Notes: generated by a model not told the origin, from the sequence alone. Shown: positions 30,612 to 42,255, counted from the first letter of the stretch. The stretch is DNA of 64,000 nucleotides from Dehalococcoidia bacterium (GCA_965226805.1 CBDDDW010000019.1:31400-95399); one strand, 5' to 3'. Numbers and translations: made by a program.

Positions 30612-31749
30612 GTCTAGTGTCTCGTAAATAGCTTTACAGCGTGAGAGCTTGGTGAGGATCGCTTGAGCGGAGGCATGCCATACAAACGGCTTGGGATCCG
30701 CGTTGGACGCCGCCAGGTATTCCTTAATCGCGGCGATCAACTCCGGGACGCTCTCGAAACTCCCCCGCCGTACTCTTTTCTCCGTCAACTCCCTGAACCA
30801 CCGCTCCACCAGGTTCAACCAAGACGAGCTCGTCGGCGTGAAGTGCAGGGTGAACCGCGGGTGCTTCTCCAGCCACGCCTTCACCTTGGACTGGTTGTGG
30901 GTCCCATAGTTGTCCACAATCAGATGGAGCGGCGTCTCCTTGGAAAACTCCCGGTCCAGTCGCCGCAGGAAGCGCAGGAACTCCTGGTGCCGGTGCTTAG
31001 CCATGCACTCCCCGATCACCCGCCCGTCCAAGACATTGAGGGCCGCAAATAGGGTCGTGGTCCCATGCCGCTTGTAGTCGTGGGTCATGGTTCCGCAGCG
31101 CCCTTTCTTCATAGGCAGGCCGGGCTGGGTACGCTGAAGGGCCTGGATTTGGCTCTTCTCATCCACGCACAGGACCACGGCTTTGTCGGGAGGATTGAGG
31201 TACAGCCCCACTACGTCGGTGAGTTTCTCGGTGAACCGCCAGTCCTTGGAGAGCTTGAATCGCTTCGTCCGGTGGGGCTGTAACCCGTGAGCGGACCAGA
31301 TGCGCTGCACGGTGGCCTTGCTAAGGCCCTGGGCCTTGGCCATGGTGCGGATGCTCCAGTGGGTTGCTCCGGGGGGTTTGGTCTGGGTAGTGGCCTGCAC
31401 CACCTCGTTCACCCGGTCGGCTCCGTAGGTCACCCCCGCCGGCCCCGGCCGGGTGCGATCTCGGTGAGGGCACTAGGGCCGCCCTGGAGGAAACGCTGGC
31501 GCCAGAGCATGACGGTGGGACGACTGACGCCCACCTCTCGGGCAATCCGGCTATTGGGCACACCGTCGGCGGCGAGGAGGGCGATCCTGGCCCGGAAGGC
31601 GACGCTTTGGGGAGTGTTCTGGGCACGGACCCAGGCTTCCAGCGTTCGGCGTTGCTCGGGAGATATCGTGAGGAGATCAGCTGATTTTGGCATGAAGCAA
31701 GCATACCCCAATATCCACTATATATCAAGGCATTTGCGAGACATTAGAC
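30612..31749 (-). mobile_element. IS630-family element; transposase frameshifted at a G5 run ~31433
   Basis: IRs GTCTAGTGTCTCGTAAAT / GTCTAATGTCTCGCAAAT, TA duplication (30610-11, 31750-51); [27 protein letters not shown]. Confidence 0.93.
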
Positions 31750-31751
31750 TA

Positions 31752-32150
31752 GATAAGGTTCGGATAAGAATCAGCGAAATCCGGGACGACCGAGCCGAAC
31801 GTTCTGGGATCACTACCGCGATGATTCTCCGCGCCCTTTGGGACAATTACCAGAAGGCGATGCAGCTGACACCAGTCCTAGACCACAAAAGTGAGCCCAC
31901 GGGGGAGTACCGTTACGGGAGTGCCATCGCCAATCGGGCCCTGAAACTCATCGGCCGGCATCTCGGCAGGTTCCCTACCAGGTCCGAGGTTGCTGGTACG
32001 TTCAAGCACGTAGTCCAGCCGTCGGTGGACCCGAAGACGCTGACTATAGATCAGATTAAGACCATCCTGGATGGCTACCGGCGAGCAGTGGTCATCGAGG
32101 GCGCAGTAGTGAAAGTGATTGAGCCGTTGTCAGGGTACTCTGGTGAATGA
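31752..32150 (+). pseudogene. Phage terminase small subunit-like fragment, 5' end lost at the IS630
   Basis: I.EI...RAERSGIT...IL..L....A...PV....GEY......NRAL.LIGRHLG.F pattern. Confidence 0.6.
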
Positions 32151-32256
32151 CGGCGCGATCGGCTGCTGGAATAGCCTGGGTGAGCCCCAAATTAAGACAA
32201 TTTCACACGTGCGCAGCCTATAGAATGTAGCAACATCGCTGGATATGAGGCAGCAA

Positions 32257-33277
32257 ATGAACAATGACCAGATCCACATCCTTGTCGTGGATGATGATGA
32301 AAACATCCGAGAGCTCTTTGGAGTAATCATGGAGGAGCAAGGATATGTCTGCCAGACAGCCTCGGGCGGTGATGCGGCGCTTGAGGTGTTGGGTGCTGGG
32401 TGCTGGGCGAGTGGACATCGCCGTCGTAGACTTCATGATGCCAAAGATGACCGGCGCGACCCTCTTTCAGCACATCAAAGAGCGTCACCCTGATGTAGCT
32501 GTCATTTTCGCGACGGCTGTCGATGACCTGAACATCGCGGTCGAGCAACTGAAGGAAGGCGCCTACGATTACATAGTAAAGCCTGTGTCTCGGACACATT
32601 TGGAGAAGGTGGTCAGGCAGGTCATCGCAAGGCGCGCCGAGACCCTGAAGGAGAGAGGAGAGCTGGAACTCCTCGACGATGGGCAGGGAGCCAGTACGGT
32701 TCCAGACTGGCAAGTACAGGCGATCGGTAGTGAAGCGAGGCGAAGAAGCGCTCAGAAAATAGACTATATCCAAGGGACTGTCAACATCATGTTCACGGAT
32801 CTCGAGGGTTCTACGGAGTTGTTGACGCTGCTGGGGGATGAGGAGCACCAGGTCTTACTCGCAAAGCATAACGAGATTATACGGCTACAATTGGCTCATC
32901 ACGATGGCGTGGAAGTGAAGACAATGGGTGATGGGTTCATGGCAGTGTTCTCGAGTGCAAGAACGGCAATAGCATGTGCCATAGACATACAACGGGGTCT
33001 GCAAGGGTTCGACTGGACGAACACAGACTTGAAGCCGAAAGTGCGCATAGGTATCAACGTTGGGGAGACGATCAAGGAGGAAGGTGATTTCTTCGGCAGC
33101 GCGGTTGTTCAGGCGGAACGCATTATGGGTCATGCGTCTGGCGGGAAGATTTTGGTATCTGACCTCTTTCGCCAGATGGCAGGCCCTAGCACGAATTGGA
33201 CATTCATAGATTCCGGTTTCAGAACGCTCAAGGGCTACACCGAAGAGGTGCGCCTTTACGAGGTTCGCTGGTCGTAA
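32257..33277 (+). pseudogene. Response-regulator receiver + class III nucleotide cyclase, frameshifted by a 7-bp duplication
   Basis: ILVVDDD, D.MMP.M.G, GAYDYI.KP, MFTDLEGST, KTMGDGFM, VRIGI..GE; GGGTGCT tandem at 32391-32404. Confidence 0.85.
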
Positions 33278-33545
33278 CAGGGTTTCTTGACCAAGGTGGC
33301 ACTGGGTGACGAGGCTTCCCTCCGTTAGCTTGATAACGGCTGAAAAGGTGGATTCAGATGACTAAAAGTTGCCGGCGATCGCTATAGAGAAACTAATGTA
33401 ACTAATGACGTCTCTGGTGACCGGTATTGAGCGTGGCTTGGAGAGACACACAACGAGATCAAGCACGGACACCGTTGCGCAGGAATGGATGTAAAGAGCG
33501 GCCTGGAGATATTCAAACCTCGAGAATTCTTAACGGTTATCTGAT

Positions 33546-33935
33546 ATGACAAATCGCCATTCGACCGGATCAGCGGTCCTAACCTTCCTGAGTAAAAGAT
33601 CTACCGCAAAGTGGATCATCGTTGTGTCTGTCACGGTAGCCTATGTTTTAGCTTACCCGTTTTTGGACAGCGCAGGCATCCTCTCCACGATTCCGGTGCT
33701 TTTGACGGCTTGGTTTTTTGGGTGGCCGGCGGGCCTGATCGTTGCCTTCTTGTTCTTTCCATTGAACTTGGTGCTTGTGCGCACATTCAGTGAAGAGGAA
33801 TCGCTGGAATGGATTAAAGGCGGAGGTGCACTGGGCGTCATAGTCCTTGCAGCAACAGCGCTCGTGGTGGGGTTGCTCCAGGACCTGGGGGCAAAAGCTT
33901 TGCGAACTTCTCAAGAGCTGCGTGAGTCCAAAGAG
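33546..33935 (+). pseudogene. Membrane sensor N-terminus truncated by IS
   Basis: Four TM segments followed by ELRES coiled linker, cut at the IS end. Confidence 0.6.
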
Positions 33936-35474
33936 TGTAGGGTGTCAGCGCAATTGGACACTATTGAGGCCTAGAAAACCGAAGAGGTTGGGGGTGGTAG
34001 AGGCTCCTTCAGAGGGGTAGATTAACCCTAAGTGAAAGGAGTCATTGATGACCCAGGTAGAGGATCAGGCCAGCCAAGCTGAGGAGCGAAGCCAGGAGAC
34101 ACGAAGCTTCGTGCGTCAGGTCCGTGCAGCGACCCGCCGTAAGTATACCCCTGAAGAGAAGATCCGCATCGTCTTGGAGGGGTTCAGACGGGAGACTACC
34201 GTTAATGACCTGTGCCGACGGGAAGGAATCAAACCCCACTCCTACTACGCCTGGACGAAGGGGTTCATGGAAGCTGGGAAGGAGAGGTTGACTCGGGACA
34301 GTGTGCGTGATGCGACCCGGCAAGAGATAGAGCAGCTCAAGCGGGAGAACAGAGAACTGAAGCAGCTGGTGGGTGAGTTGTCCCTGGAGTTGCACCGCTT
34401 CAAAAAAACAGCTCTGCCGCCCCTACACGACAACGGCACCGTCGCATGAGCGTAGTGGAACAATCGAAGGTCGTGGCTGAGGTGGAGCGACATGGTAGAG
34501 GGAAGAACAGGCGACTCAGGGAGCTTGGCATTTCCAGGAGCACGTATTATTGGTGGAGGTGGAGGCACCGGCAGGGTAGTTGGGAGGGTACGGAAGGAAC
34601 TGAGAGGCCCTGGAATCGCCTGCGTCCAGAAGAGGAGGCAGTAGTGCTGGCGGCAGCCCGTGGGATGCCGACCTGGCGAAGCCGGCAGTTGGCGGCTTCG
34701 CTCACCGACCACAGAGGCCTATCGGTCTCCGCCTCCACAGTCTATCGTATTCTGAGACGGGAGGGTCTGGTGAAACGGATCGAATACCAGTTGGCAGCGA
34801 GCAAAGAGTACCAGCACAAGACCACAGGGCCCCACCAGCTGTGGGCCACCGATGCCTCCTACTTCCGTGTAGTGGGATGGGGCTACTACTACCTCGTGAC
34901 GGTGATGGACGACTACTCCCGGTTCATCTTGGCCTGGAAGGTGCAACGGGACATGACGGCCAACTCCCTCATAGAGGTGGTCCAGGAAGCTGTTGACTCT
35001 ACTGGTATGACTGATGTACCTCTGGAGGATCGGACCAAGCTCCTCTCAGATAATGGCTCAGGTTATGTATCGCGGGCCTTCCGCGAGTACATGCGGGTGG
35101 TGGGCATTCGCCACGTCCTGGCAGCACCCTATCACCCTCAGACCAACGGGACGCTGGAGAGATATCACCGAACCCTGAAAGACGACATTAACCAGGTGCC
35201 ATACGAGGTGGTGGAAGACCTGGAGGCGGCCATCCGGGACTTCGTCGAGTTCTACAACTACCGAAGATATCATCAGGCGCTCAGGGTTGTAACTCCGGCT
35301 GACGTGCTGGAAGGCCGTCTGGAGACAATTCTAGCCCAGAGGAAGGAGGTACAGCGAGAGACTTTTGACCGGCGGAGGCGGTACAATCAGGAGGTCAGAG
35401 AAACCCTCAAACCAGGAGCTTCTTCACCCCAATCTCTCGGACCCAGAACTGTCCAAAACCGCTGACACCCAACA
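33936..35474 (+). mobile_element. Two-ORF IS3/IS481-type element, complete copy 1 (orfA 34045-34449, orfB 34446-35465)
   Basis: IRs TGTAGGGTGTCAGCG..TTGGACA / TGTTGGGTGTCAGCG..TTGGACA; A7 slippery run; W.TD.SYF, SDNG..Y, HPQTNG..ER; no target duplication. Confidence 0.9.
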
Positions 35475-35677
35475 CTAACGGCCGAAAGGCCTCCACGTTG
35501 AAAACTGCGATGAAGCAACCGTCGTTATGGCGGGCTTGAGGGTCTATTCCAAAGCCCAGGCCCGTGAGGATGCCCGAGAGCATCTCCACCATGAACGACA
35601 GTCCTGAGCCTTTGTGTCCCTGGTCCGCTCCCACGGGAAGGATTGCCCCTCCGTTGAAGTAGTCATCCGGGGTTGTC
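35475..35677 (-). pseudogene. Ldh_2 (malate/L-lactate/ureidoglycolate dehydrogenase) internal fragment
   Basis: TTP.....GAILP.G...GHKG.GLS.MVE.LSG.LTG; cut by the IS end. Confidence 0.7.
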
Positions 35678-35810
35678 CACGGAGGTCCGTGCCGGGGCCC
35701 TCATGTCCCGGCAGCTTTGACGCCGAAAGTACCGGCTGCTAAGATGAATCCGATCATGGATGATCATGCATAATCACCGGTGTTATCTCGACCGGAGGAA
35801 ACGGAGGTAG

Positions 35811-36419
35811 ATGCGGATCGTACTGGTTAGGCATGGGGAAACCGCCTGGAACGCAGAGGGAAAGTTCCAGGGACAGAGTCGTGCGGGCCTGAATGAGAAT
35901 GGATTCAGGCAGGCCCGTCAGATAGCTAGAGCCATCGCCCCCATGGGGCCCACCGCGCTGTATTCGAGTCCGCTGCCCAGGACCCTGATGACCGCCGAGG
36001 AAATATCCAGAGAGGCGCGTATACCGGTAGAACCTCTGGACGGCATCCAGGAGGCTGATCTGGGGGAGCTAGAGGGAATAACCGGTCAGGAGATGCTGGC
36101 AAACTACTCCCAGGTTTACGCCGCCTGGCGAAAAGACCCTTCAGAGGTCGTCTTCCCCGGAGGTGAGTCGATGCGGCAGCTCCGGGAAAGGGCGTGGCGT
36201 GCGATAGAGCATATTCAAAAAGCGCACGCCAGCGGGCTGGTCGTGGCGGTATCCCACAACTTCGCCATTCGTTCGATACTGTGCCGCTTCCTGGGTCTGC
36301 GTCCATCTCGGTTCCACAGGCTGCAGGTAGACCTGGGGTCTATAAGTATCCTTCAAAGCAACTCCAGGTCTCGTCAGGTCCTAAGCATTAACGACAGGTG
36401 CCATCTGTCTCCAGATTAG
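35811..36419 (+). CDS. Histidine phosphatase family protein (CobC/GpmB-like)
   Basis: LVRHGET.WN, YSSPL.R, E.D.GE.EG, PGGES, VSH. Confidence 0.92.
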   Translation: MRIVLVRHGETAWNAEGKFQGQSRAGLNENGFRQARQIARAIAPMGPTALYSSPLPRTLMTAEEISREARIPVEPLDGIQEADLGELEGITGQEMLANYSQVYAAWRKDPSEVVFPGGESMRQLRERAWRAIEHIQKAHASGLVVAVSHNFAIRSILCRFLGLRPSRFHRLQVDLGSISILQSNSRSRQVLSINDRCHLSPD

Positions 36420-36693
36420 CGTACGTACCGGAGAGGATCGTGGCGTTTTAGCTCGGTCGGGCGATGCTGAGGTGATGGAGCCGGGTGGAACTCGTTGCAG
36501 CTGGAACTCAGTCTCGGAAAAACCCCGGTCGTCCTGAGTCCGCCACACAGGCGGACTCAGGATCTAGCGCTGGGGCTGAGGTTACAGTTTGGATTCGCCA
36601 CCTCTTAGACCCGTCCGCCTTCTCAGTGCTCAGGGTGACGGGAGTGATCATGACCATCAATTTAGGGACCAACCACTGGAGGTCGGTGGTGGC

Positions 36694-38253
36694 ATGGCCG
36701 AATACAGGCTCCCCAAAAGGGTAGGTTCTCAGCCAGAGTCGGGCATCGAAGGAGTGGAAGCCAGAGTCGCGGAGGCTCTGGACCGCGCCGGATACGCAGA
36801 TGACGGCACTCTGCTGGTTGTAGCCGTATCCGGCGGGCCTGACTCGATGGCCCTGCTATATTGCCTGTTGAAATTGCGGGAAAGACGGGGTATCAGACTC
36901 CATGTCGCCCACTTGAACCATAACTTCAGAGAAGAGGCCGACGAGGATGCCCGGTTCGTGGCCTCACTGGCCGAGAGATTGGATGTCCCCGCCAGCGTGG
37001 GAAAGGCGGACCCCACCGCTTACCAGAAGGAGATGGGGATTTCATCCTTCGAGGAGGCGGCGCGGGAGGTCCGTTACAGATACCTGACGACAGTGGCCTC
37101 GGACAACGGCGCCGCAGCAGTGGCCCTCGGACATACTTCCGACGATCAGGCCGAATCTGTGCTCATGCACATCCTTCGTGGCAGCGGTATCCACGGGCTC
37201 AGGGGCATGGCCGAACTCGCTACTTGGAGCGACAGGGTCGACGGCCCCGGCGCTACCCTCTTCAGGCCCCTCTTGCGGGTGACCAAGGGGGATACTGAGG
37301 TCTATTGCAGGAAGCTGGGTGTAGATTTCAGGGTGGACCCCGCCAATCGACTTCTGCGTTTTACGCGCAACCGATTGCGACATGACCTCTTCCCTGAGCT
37401 TGAGACCTATAACCCACGGGTAGGTGAGGCGCTCGGCAGGCTTTCCCGTACCGCATCTCTGGTAACGGACTTCGTTGACACGGAGGTGGACGGACTCTGG
37501 CCCGACATTGCCCAGACGCGAGGCGATGATATCTACCTGGACTCTACCCGGCTGGGGGCCCTTCACCCTTTGCTGCAACGAATGGTGCTCCGCAGGGCGT
37601 ATCAGGAACACTCCGGAGATACCCGCCGTTTAGAGGAAGTCCACCTCAGCGCCATGGCGGAACTCATCTGGGCCGCTCCAGGCAAGATGCTCACTCTCCC
37701 CAGAGGATTGTGGCTCCACCGCAGCTACGACCGGCTCATCCTGTCCCGAAGGGCGGAGGCGCCGTGCCCCCTTCCTGCGTTGGAGGGTGTATATAGCCTA
37801 GCGCTCCCCTCCACGTCGAGCGAAAGCGCCATGGAAATCCCCGGCTGGCACATCGCGGCTCGTGTCATGGACTCGCAAGGTTCTCGGCCGGATGACCCTT
37901 TCGAAGCCGCCTTTGATGGGCGTTCCATAGGAGACACCGTGCAGGTACGTACGCGCCTTCCAGGGGACCGCTTCCAGCCTCTTGGGATGCGGGTAGAAAA
38001 GAAGCTGCAAGACTTCTACGTAGATGAGAAGGTGCCTCGGGCGTGGCGGGACCGGATTCCCCTCTTAGTTACTGAGCGAGGCATTGCCTGGGTGGTGGGC
38101 TACCGTATCGCGGAGTGGGCCCGTGTCCGACTGGAACAAAACCATGGCCAGGATTTCCTGCGAATCAGGTTTAGCTCCAACAGCCTACGCGACTCCTGGT
38201 CCAATCTCCCCGACCTCTCCGATGAGGACCTGGACGAGGCAAAACGCATCTAG
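36694..38253 (+). CDS. tilS: tRNA(Ile)-lysidine synthetase
   Basis: AVSGGPDS, AH.NH..R, E..AR..RY, GH..DDQAE, RN..RH, C-terminal GDRF.P.G...KKL.D...D.KVP...R. Confidence 0.95.
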   Translation: MAEYRLPKRVGSQPESGIEGVEARVAEALDRAGYADDGTLLVVAVSGGPDSMALLYCLLKLRERRGIRLHVAHLNHNFREEADEDARFVASLAERLDVPASVGKADPTAYQKEMGISSFEEAAREVRYRYLTTVASDNGAAAVALGHTSDDQAESVLMHILRGSGIHGLRGMAELATWSDRVDGPGATLFRPLLRVTKGDTEVYCRKLGVDFRVDPANRLLRFTRNRLRHDLFPELETYNPRVGEALGRLSRTASLVTDFVDTEVDGLWPDIAQTRGDDIYLDSTRLGALHPLLQRMVLRRAYQEHSGDTRRLEEVHLSAMAELIWAAPGKMLTLPRGLWLHRSYDRLILSRRAEAPCPLPALEGVYSLALPSTSSESAMEIPGWHIAARVMDSQGSRPDDPFEAAFDGRSIGDTVQVRTRLPGDRFQPLGMRVEKKLQDFYVDEKVPRAWRDRIPLLVTERGIAWVVGYRIAEWARVRLEQNHGQDFLRIRFSSNSLRDSWSNLPDLSDEDLDEAKRI

Positions 38254-38297
38254 GGACCGGCTGAGTCCGGATGGAGGATTCGCGACAGGTGACCCGG

Positions 38298-39122
38298 CTA
38301 GAGCCCCAGAAGCCGGGATGGGTTGTCCTTGGCCATGATCCCCACTTCAACTTCCTCCATGCCGGCCTGGACGAGGGTGGCCATGCCCATGCGGAACCCC
38401 TCTGGAGCGATGGGGTTGTAGTCCTGCCCGAAATCGGTGCTGAGGATGCAGTGCTCCGGACCGATGGCCCATAGCAGATCGGCAAGCTCCGACGGGCGCA
38501 TCATTACCGCGACGCAGTGCTCGATGAACGCGCCCTTCTCCGCCATCGCCTTCATATCTTCCACGGTCATACCGGTCCAGAAGGACATGGTAGACGCGTG
38601 GGTCACCACCACGCGGTTGATGCCCAGGTTCCTAGCCTCGTCCACCAGCACCAGGCTCTCCCCGGTGGACAGGTGGCCCGTGGCCAGGACCATGTCGTGC
38701 TGCTTGATTGTCTCGAGTATTGGATAAACTTCGGGTAGAAGGCGGCCCCGGTTGTTGAGAATGGATATGCCGCCCTCGAGTCCTCTGTACTCCCGGTCTG
38801 CGCGGGCGGAGTAGGTAGGCATCCATACTATGCGGGCGCCCATGTTGGCGGAGGCCTCGACGGCCATCGGATTCAAGCCTCCCACCTCTACGTCCAGGCA
38901 TATGCCGCCTATCAGGGAGATGCCCTCGATCATCGTGCTGACGGTATAGGCCACTGGATGGGTTGGGTATTCGTGACTCTTGATCACGACGCTCCTCATG
39001 TCCAATTGTTTGGCGCTCTCCGCTACCGCGATGGCGTCGGAGCGGCGGTCTACCCTGGGATCGGGAGCGAAATGAACGTGAATGTCCACCGAGTCCTCAA
39101 TGAGCCTGTCTGCAGCAGCCAA
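38298..39122 (-). CDS. Amidohydrolase/PHP-like TIM-barrel protein (DUF6282-like)
   Basis: DIHVH..PD, KSH, GGLNP.AVE, WMPT, ATGH, TH, STDFGQ, NP..LLG. Confidence 0.8.
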   Translation of the reverse strand: MAAADRLIEDSVDIHVHFAPDPRVDRRSDAIAVAESAKQLDMRSVVIKSHEYPTHPVAYTVSTMIEGISLIGGICLDVEVGGLNPMAVEASANMGARIVWMPTYSARADREYRGLEGGISILNNRGRLLPEVYPILETIKQHDMVLATGHLSTGESLVLVDEARNLGINRVVVTHASTMSFWTGMTVEDMKAMAEKGAFIEHCVAVMMRPSELADLLWAIGPEHCILSTDFGQDYNPIAPEGFRMGMATLVQAGMEEVEVGIMAKDNPSRLLGL

Positions 39123-39245
39123 GACCGCTCCTTTTGACTTTAGGATTCCGTTCAGCCGCCAAAGGCCACGGGGGACGGGAAGCTGGGGCCATGGGGCTTG
39201 AGCGCTCGCCCTACGTTGGGCAGCAATCGGGAAGAGACAGGCGCA

Positions 39246-39274
39246 AGCATAAGGCTCTCCTTTAGGCTTGTCAA
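39246..39274 (-). promoter_or_regulatory. Sigma70-type promoter for the DUF6282-like gene
   Basis: TTGACA-17 bp-TATGCT on the minus strand. Confidence 0.55.
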
Positions 39275-39399
39275 GCCAGCTTGCTGACCTTCCCAGATAA
39301 GGCCGAAGAGCGGTGATATAATAATGGGGTTCGGTCGGTCCGAATGTTCAAGCTGGTGCGAGGAAACCGCCGTGAAGAATCGGGCGTAGTGGTTAGTGT

Positions 39400-40776
39400 A
39401 TGAAGAAGCTACTGTACGTGATTCCACTTCTGGTGTTAGCTCCGCTATTGGTGGCCTGCGGCGACGAACAGGCTACCCCTACTGAGGCTGTTTCGCCGGC
39501 TGAGTCGATATCGACGCCGGAGCGGGAGCAGGTAAACCTGTCCACCTCGGTCGAGACAACGTTGAGCACTCCGACAGCCTCAGGGGAGTCAGCCTCAGCG
39601 AATCCCACTCCCACGTCAACGCCCACGCCCACTCCCATTCCCACGAGCACTCCCGAGGACGGATCGACGGCTCTGCCCACAGCCAAACCATTGGAAGCGA
39701 CTCCGACGCCGGTCCCGCCAGCGAAGGTAGCCGAGGGTCCCCTGGCCCAAGAGCTGGTGGGGACGCAGGCCTGGATCAACTCGGAACCCCTGAGTATCGC
39801 CGGTCTGAAGGGCAAGGTGGTGCTGATCGATTTCTGGACATACACCTGCGTAAACTGCATTCGCACCCTCCCATACCTCAAGGTCTGGCACTCCAAGTAC
39901 CTCGACGACGGGCTGGTTATTATCGGGGTGCATACGCCCGAGTTTGAGCACGAGAAGGTGCTCGAGAACGTGCAAAGGGCGGTAGAGAATTACGGCGTCG
40001 GCTGGGCGGTGGTCCAGGACAACGATTTTAGAACCTGGCGCGCCTACCAGAACCGCTATTGGCCCGCCAAGTACCTCATAGACAAGGACGGCGTGATTCG
40101 CTACACCCACTTCGGTGAAGGGGCCTATGTGGAAACGGAGTTGAGAATTCGGGAACTACTCGAGGAGGCCGGTGCGGACTTGTCCATTCTGAACTCGGAG
40201 ATGCCGAATAACCAGCCTCTGGACCCTGATTATGTGGATAGCGGCGGCCGGGGGTACACCCGGGAGCTATACGCGGGCCATGAGCGTGGGTTTGCCGATC
40301 TGTTCTCCGGACGCGGTGGCTATGTAGGGGATCCGGCATATTACGATTCCCGAGATAAAGTGGTCTTGTACGAAGACCCGGGTGACCACGCGTCACACCT
40401 TCTCTACTTACAGGGGGCCTGGCGGACCGGCAGAGAGAGCTTACAGCATGCCAGAGAGACCACTGAGTACGAGGACTATATCACGTTGAAGTTCGCCGCC
40501 AGGAGTGTCAACGCTGTTATGGATGTCGAAGGCGAAGTGGTGGAGCCAGTCAAGGTGTTGGTTACTCTGGATGGACAGCCCATGACGGACGAAAACAAAG
40601 GGGACGATGTGGTAATCGAGGAGGACGGTAGGAGCTTCCTTTACATCGATGGGCCGAGGATGTACTCCATCGTCCAAGCGCCCAGGTACGGCGCCTACGA
40701 GCTTCGATTAAGCCCCAACTCCCTCCAGTTCAGCATATTCGCGTATACCTTCGGCGTGTACGCATCCGGCGTCTAG
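39400..40776 (+). CDS. DipZ-like thioredoxin-domain lipoprotein
   Basis: Lipobox LVAC, PT-rich linker, DFWTYTCVNC, GVHTPEF, YWPAKYLID, DipZ-type C-terminus YTFG. Confidence 0.88.
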   Translation: MKKLLYVIPLLVLAPLLVACGDEQATPTEAVSPAESISTPEREQVNLSTSVETTLSTPTASGESASANPTPTSTPTPTPIPTSTPEDGSTALPTAKPLEATPTPVPPAKVAEGPLAQELVGTQAWINSEPLSIAGLKGKVVLIDFWTYTCVNCIRTLPYLKVWHSKYLDDGLVIIGVHTPEFEHEKVLENVQRAVENYGVGWAVVQDNDFRTWRAYQNRYWPAKYLIDKDGVIRYTHFGEGAYVETELRIRELLEEAGADLSILNSEMPNNQPLDPDYVDSGGRGYTRELYAGHERGFADLFSGRGGYVGDPAYYDSRDKVVLYEDPGDHASHLLYLQGAWRTGRESLQHARETTEYEDYITLKFAARSVNAVMDVEGEVVEPVKVLVTLDGQPMTDENKGDDVVIEEDGRSFLYIDGPRMYSIVQAPRYGAYELRLSPNSLQFSIFAYTFGVYASGV

Positions 40777-40882
40777 GTCCAATCCAAGCCCATATGTTTG
40801 CTCGGAGGGTTCCTATTCATCCAAGTAAATCCCCATTGGCCTGGCGCTGCCTCTTTCCAGGCACAGGGGCGAGGTGATGTGA

Positions 40883-41851
40883 TTGCCTAGGGCCAGCGTC
40901 ACATTCAAGGCTCTCTTAGTTGCCGGAATCATAGGGCTGGTGGCGTCCGTCGCTTGCTCCTCGAGTTCCGAGATTCCCGGCGAAGCGGAATCCTCGGGCG
41001 CTGCCAAAGAAGGGGGGCAGCCCGAATCCGCCGAGCTACTTCTGCAACCCGACGAGGTACCACTGATCGAGGGACCCGTTTCGCCTGATGGCCTGCAGGC
41101 CATATTCGCGACCGCAGACCTGGGTATAGGCAGGAACCGCATAGGCTTCGTATTGACCGCACCGGATGACTTCGTGCGCGTGCCGGAGGCTACTGTATCA
41201 TCCCTTTTCGAAGGGGAGCCCAGGGAGACCGTACAGGCCGTCTTCCGCCCATGGCCCTACGGGATCAGAGGACTTTACACTACCTACCTTGCCTTCGATA
41301 CCCCAGGGAGCTGGAGCATCGACATTAGCGTCTTGGACCCAGACGGGGCGGCAAAGCACGCCACCCTTGATTTCGCCGTTAACGACAACTCCTCTGCAGT
41401 AGCGGTGGGTTCTCCCGCCGTCAGGAGCCGTAACAAGACCCTCGATGATGTGGAGGGGTTCGGCGAGCTCACCACCGGCTCGTTAAACGATCCTGACCTG
41501 TACATGGTCACCATCGCCGATGCGGTCACCAGTGGCCTGCCAAGTGTGGTAGTGATGGCCAGCCCCGCCTTCTGTACAAACGCCGTATGTGGCCCCCAGG
41601 TCGAGGTCTTGCAGGAGCTGAAGAACAAGTACAAGGGGCAGTCCAACTTCATCCATGTGGACATCTATGATAATCCCGAGGAGATACAGGGGGATCTGAC
41701 AAAGGCGCGCCTCTCTCCGATAGTGTCGGAATGGGGACTTCCTAGCATCGAGTGGTCCTTCGTGATTGACCGCCAAGGCACCGTGACCGCCAGGTTCGAA
41801 GGCTTCGCGACCCTCGACGAGCTAGAGCAGGCCCTCCAAGAGGTTATCTGA
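40883..41851 (+). CDS. Thioredoxin-fold lipoprotein
   Basis: Lipobox SVAC; SPAFC...VCGP motif; FIHVDIY, W.F.ID..G. Confidence 0.75.
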   Translation: MPRASVTFKALLVAGIIGLVASVACSSSSEIPGEAESSGAAKEGGQPESAELLLQPDEVPLIEGPVSPDGLQAIFATADLGIGRNRIGFVLTAPDDFVRVPEATVSSLFEGEPRETVQAVFRPWPYGIRGLYTTYLAFDTPGSWSIDISVLDPDGAAKHATLDFAVNDNSSAVAVGSPAVRSRNKTLDDVEGFGELTTGSLNDPDLYMVTIADAVTSGLPSVVVMASPAFCTNAVCGPQVEVLQELKNKYKGQSNFIHVDIYDNPEEIQGDLTKARLSPIVSEWGLPSIEWSFVIDRQGTVTARFEGFATLDELEQALQEVI

Positions 41852-41947
41852 GTCAGAGCGTCTGCTCCAGCTTAGGACGTGAACAGTGGGTAGGGGTGAC
41901 GTGGGGAGCCCGTCTCATAACTACCATGAGGGAGCGCTGGCCTCTTT

Positions 41948-42085
41948 CCTCTCCCTTTGATGGGAGAGGATTAAGGTGAGGGTGATCCTCTCATCGGCGC
42001 GTAACCGTCATTTCTAGATAGCGTGCTGCGGACTTTCGTCGGCACCCCCTCATCCTGACCTTCTCCCGCCAGGGGAGAAGGGACT
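41948..42085. repeat. REP-like element class C (CCTCTCCC..GGGAGAGG..GGTGAGGG), two inverted units
   Basis: CCTCTCCCTTTGATGGGAGAGGATTAAGGTGAGGGTG and CACCCCCTCATCCTGACCTTCTCCCGCCAGGGGAGAAGG. Confidence 0.75.
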
Positions 42086-42255
42086 TCTGAGACCGGCTCC
42101 GTGCGGCGCCCCTTCCCTTGCATGGGTGGGCCGGCCGAGCGGCACCGGAAACCCCCCGATTTGGCCACGTGCGTGGTTGTAATGTAACATGTCATGCATG
42201 AGACGATGCCTCCCACGTGGCGGCTAGGTCGGACTCCTGGAAAGAAGGGTGCCAT

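Noticed and set aside
39590-39720. DNA tandem repeat
   Set aside because: Encodes a Pro/Thr linker of the lipoprotein with variable codons.
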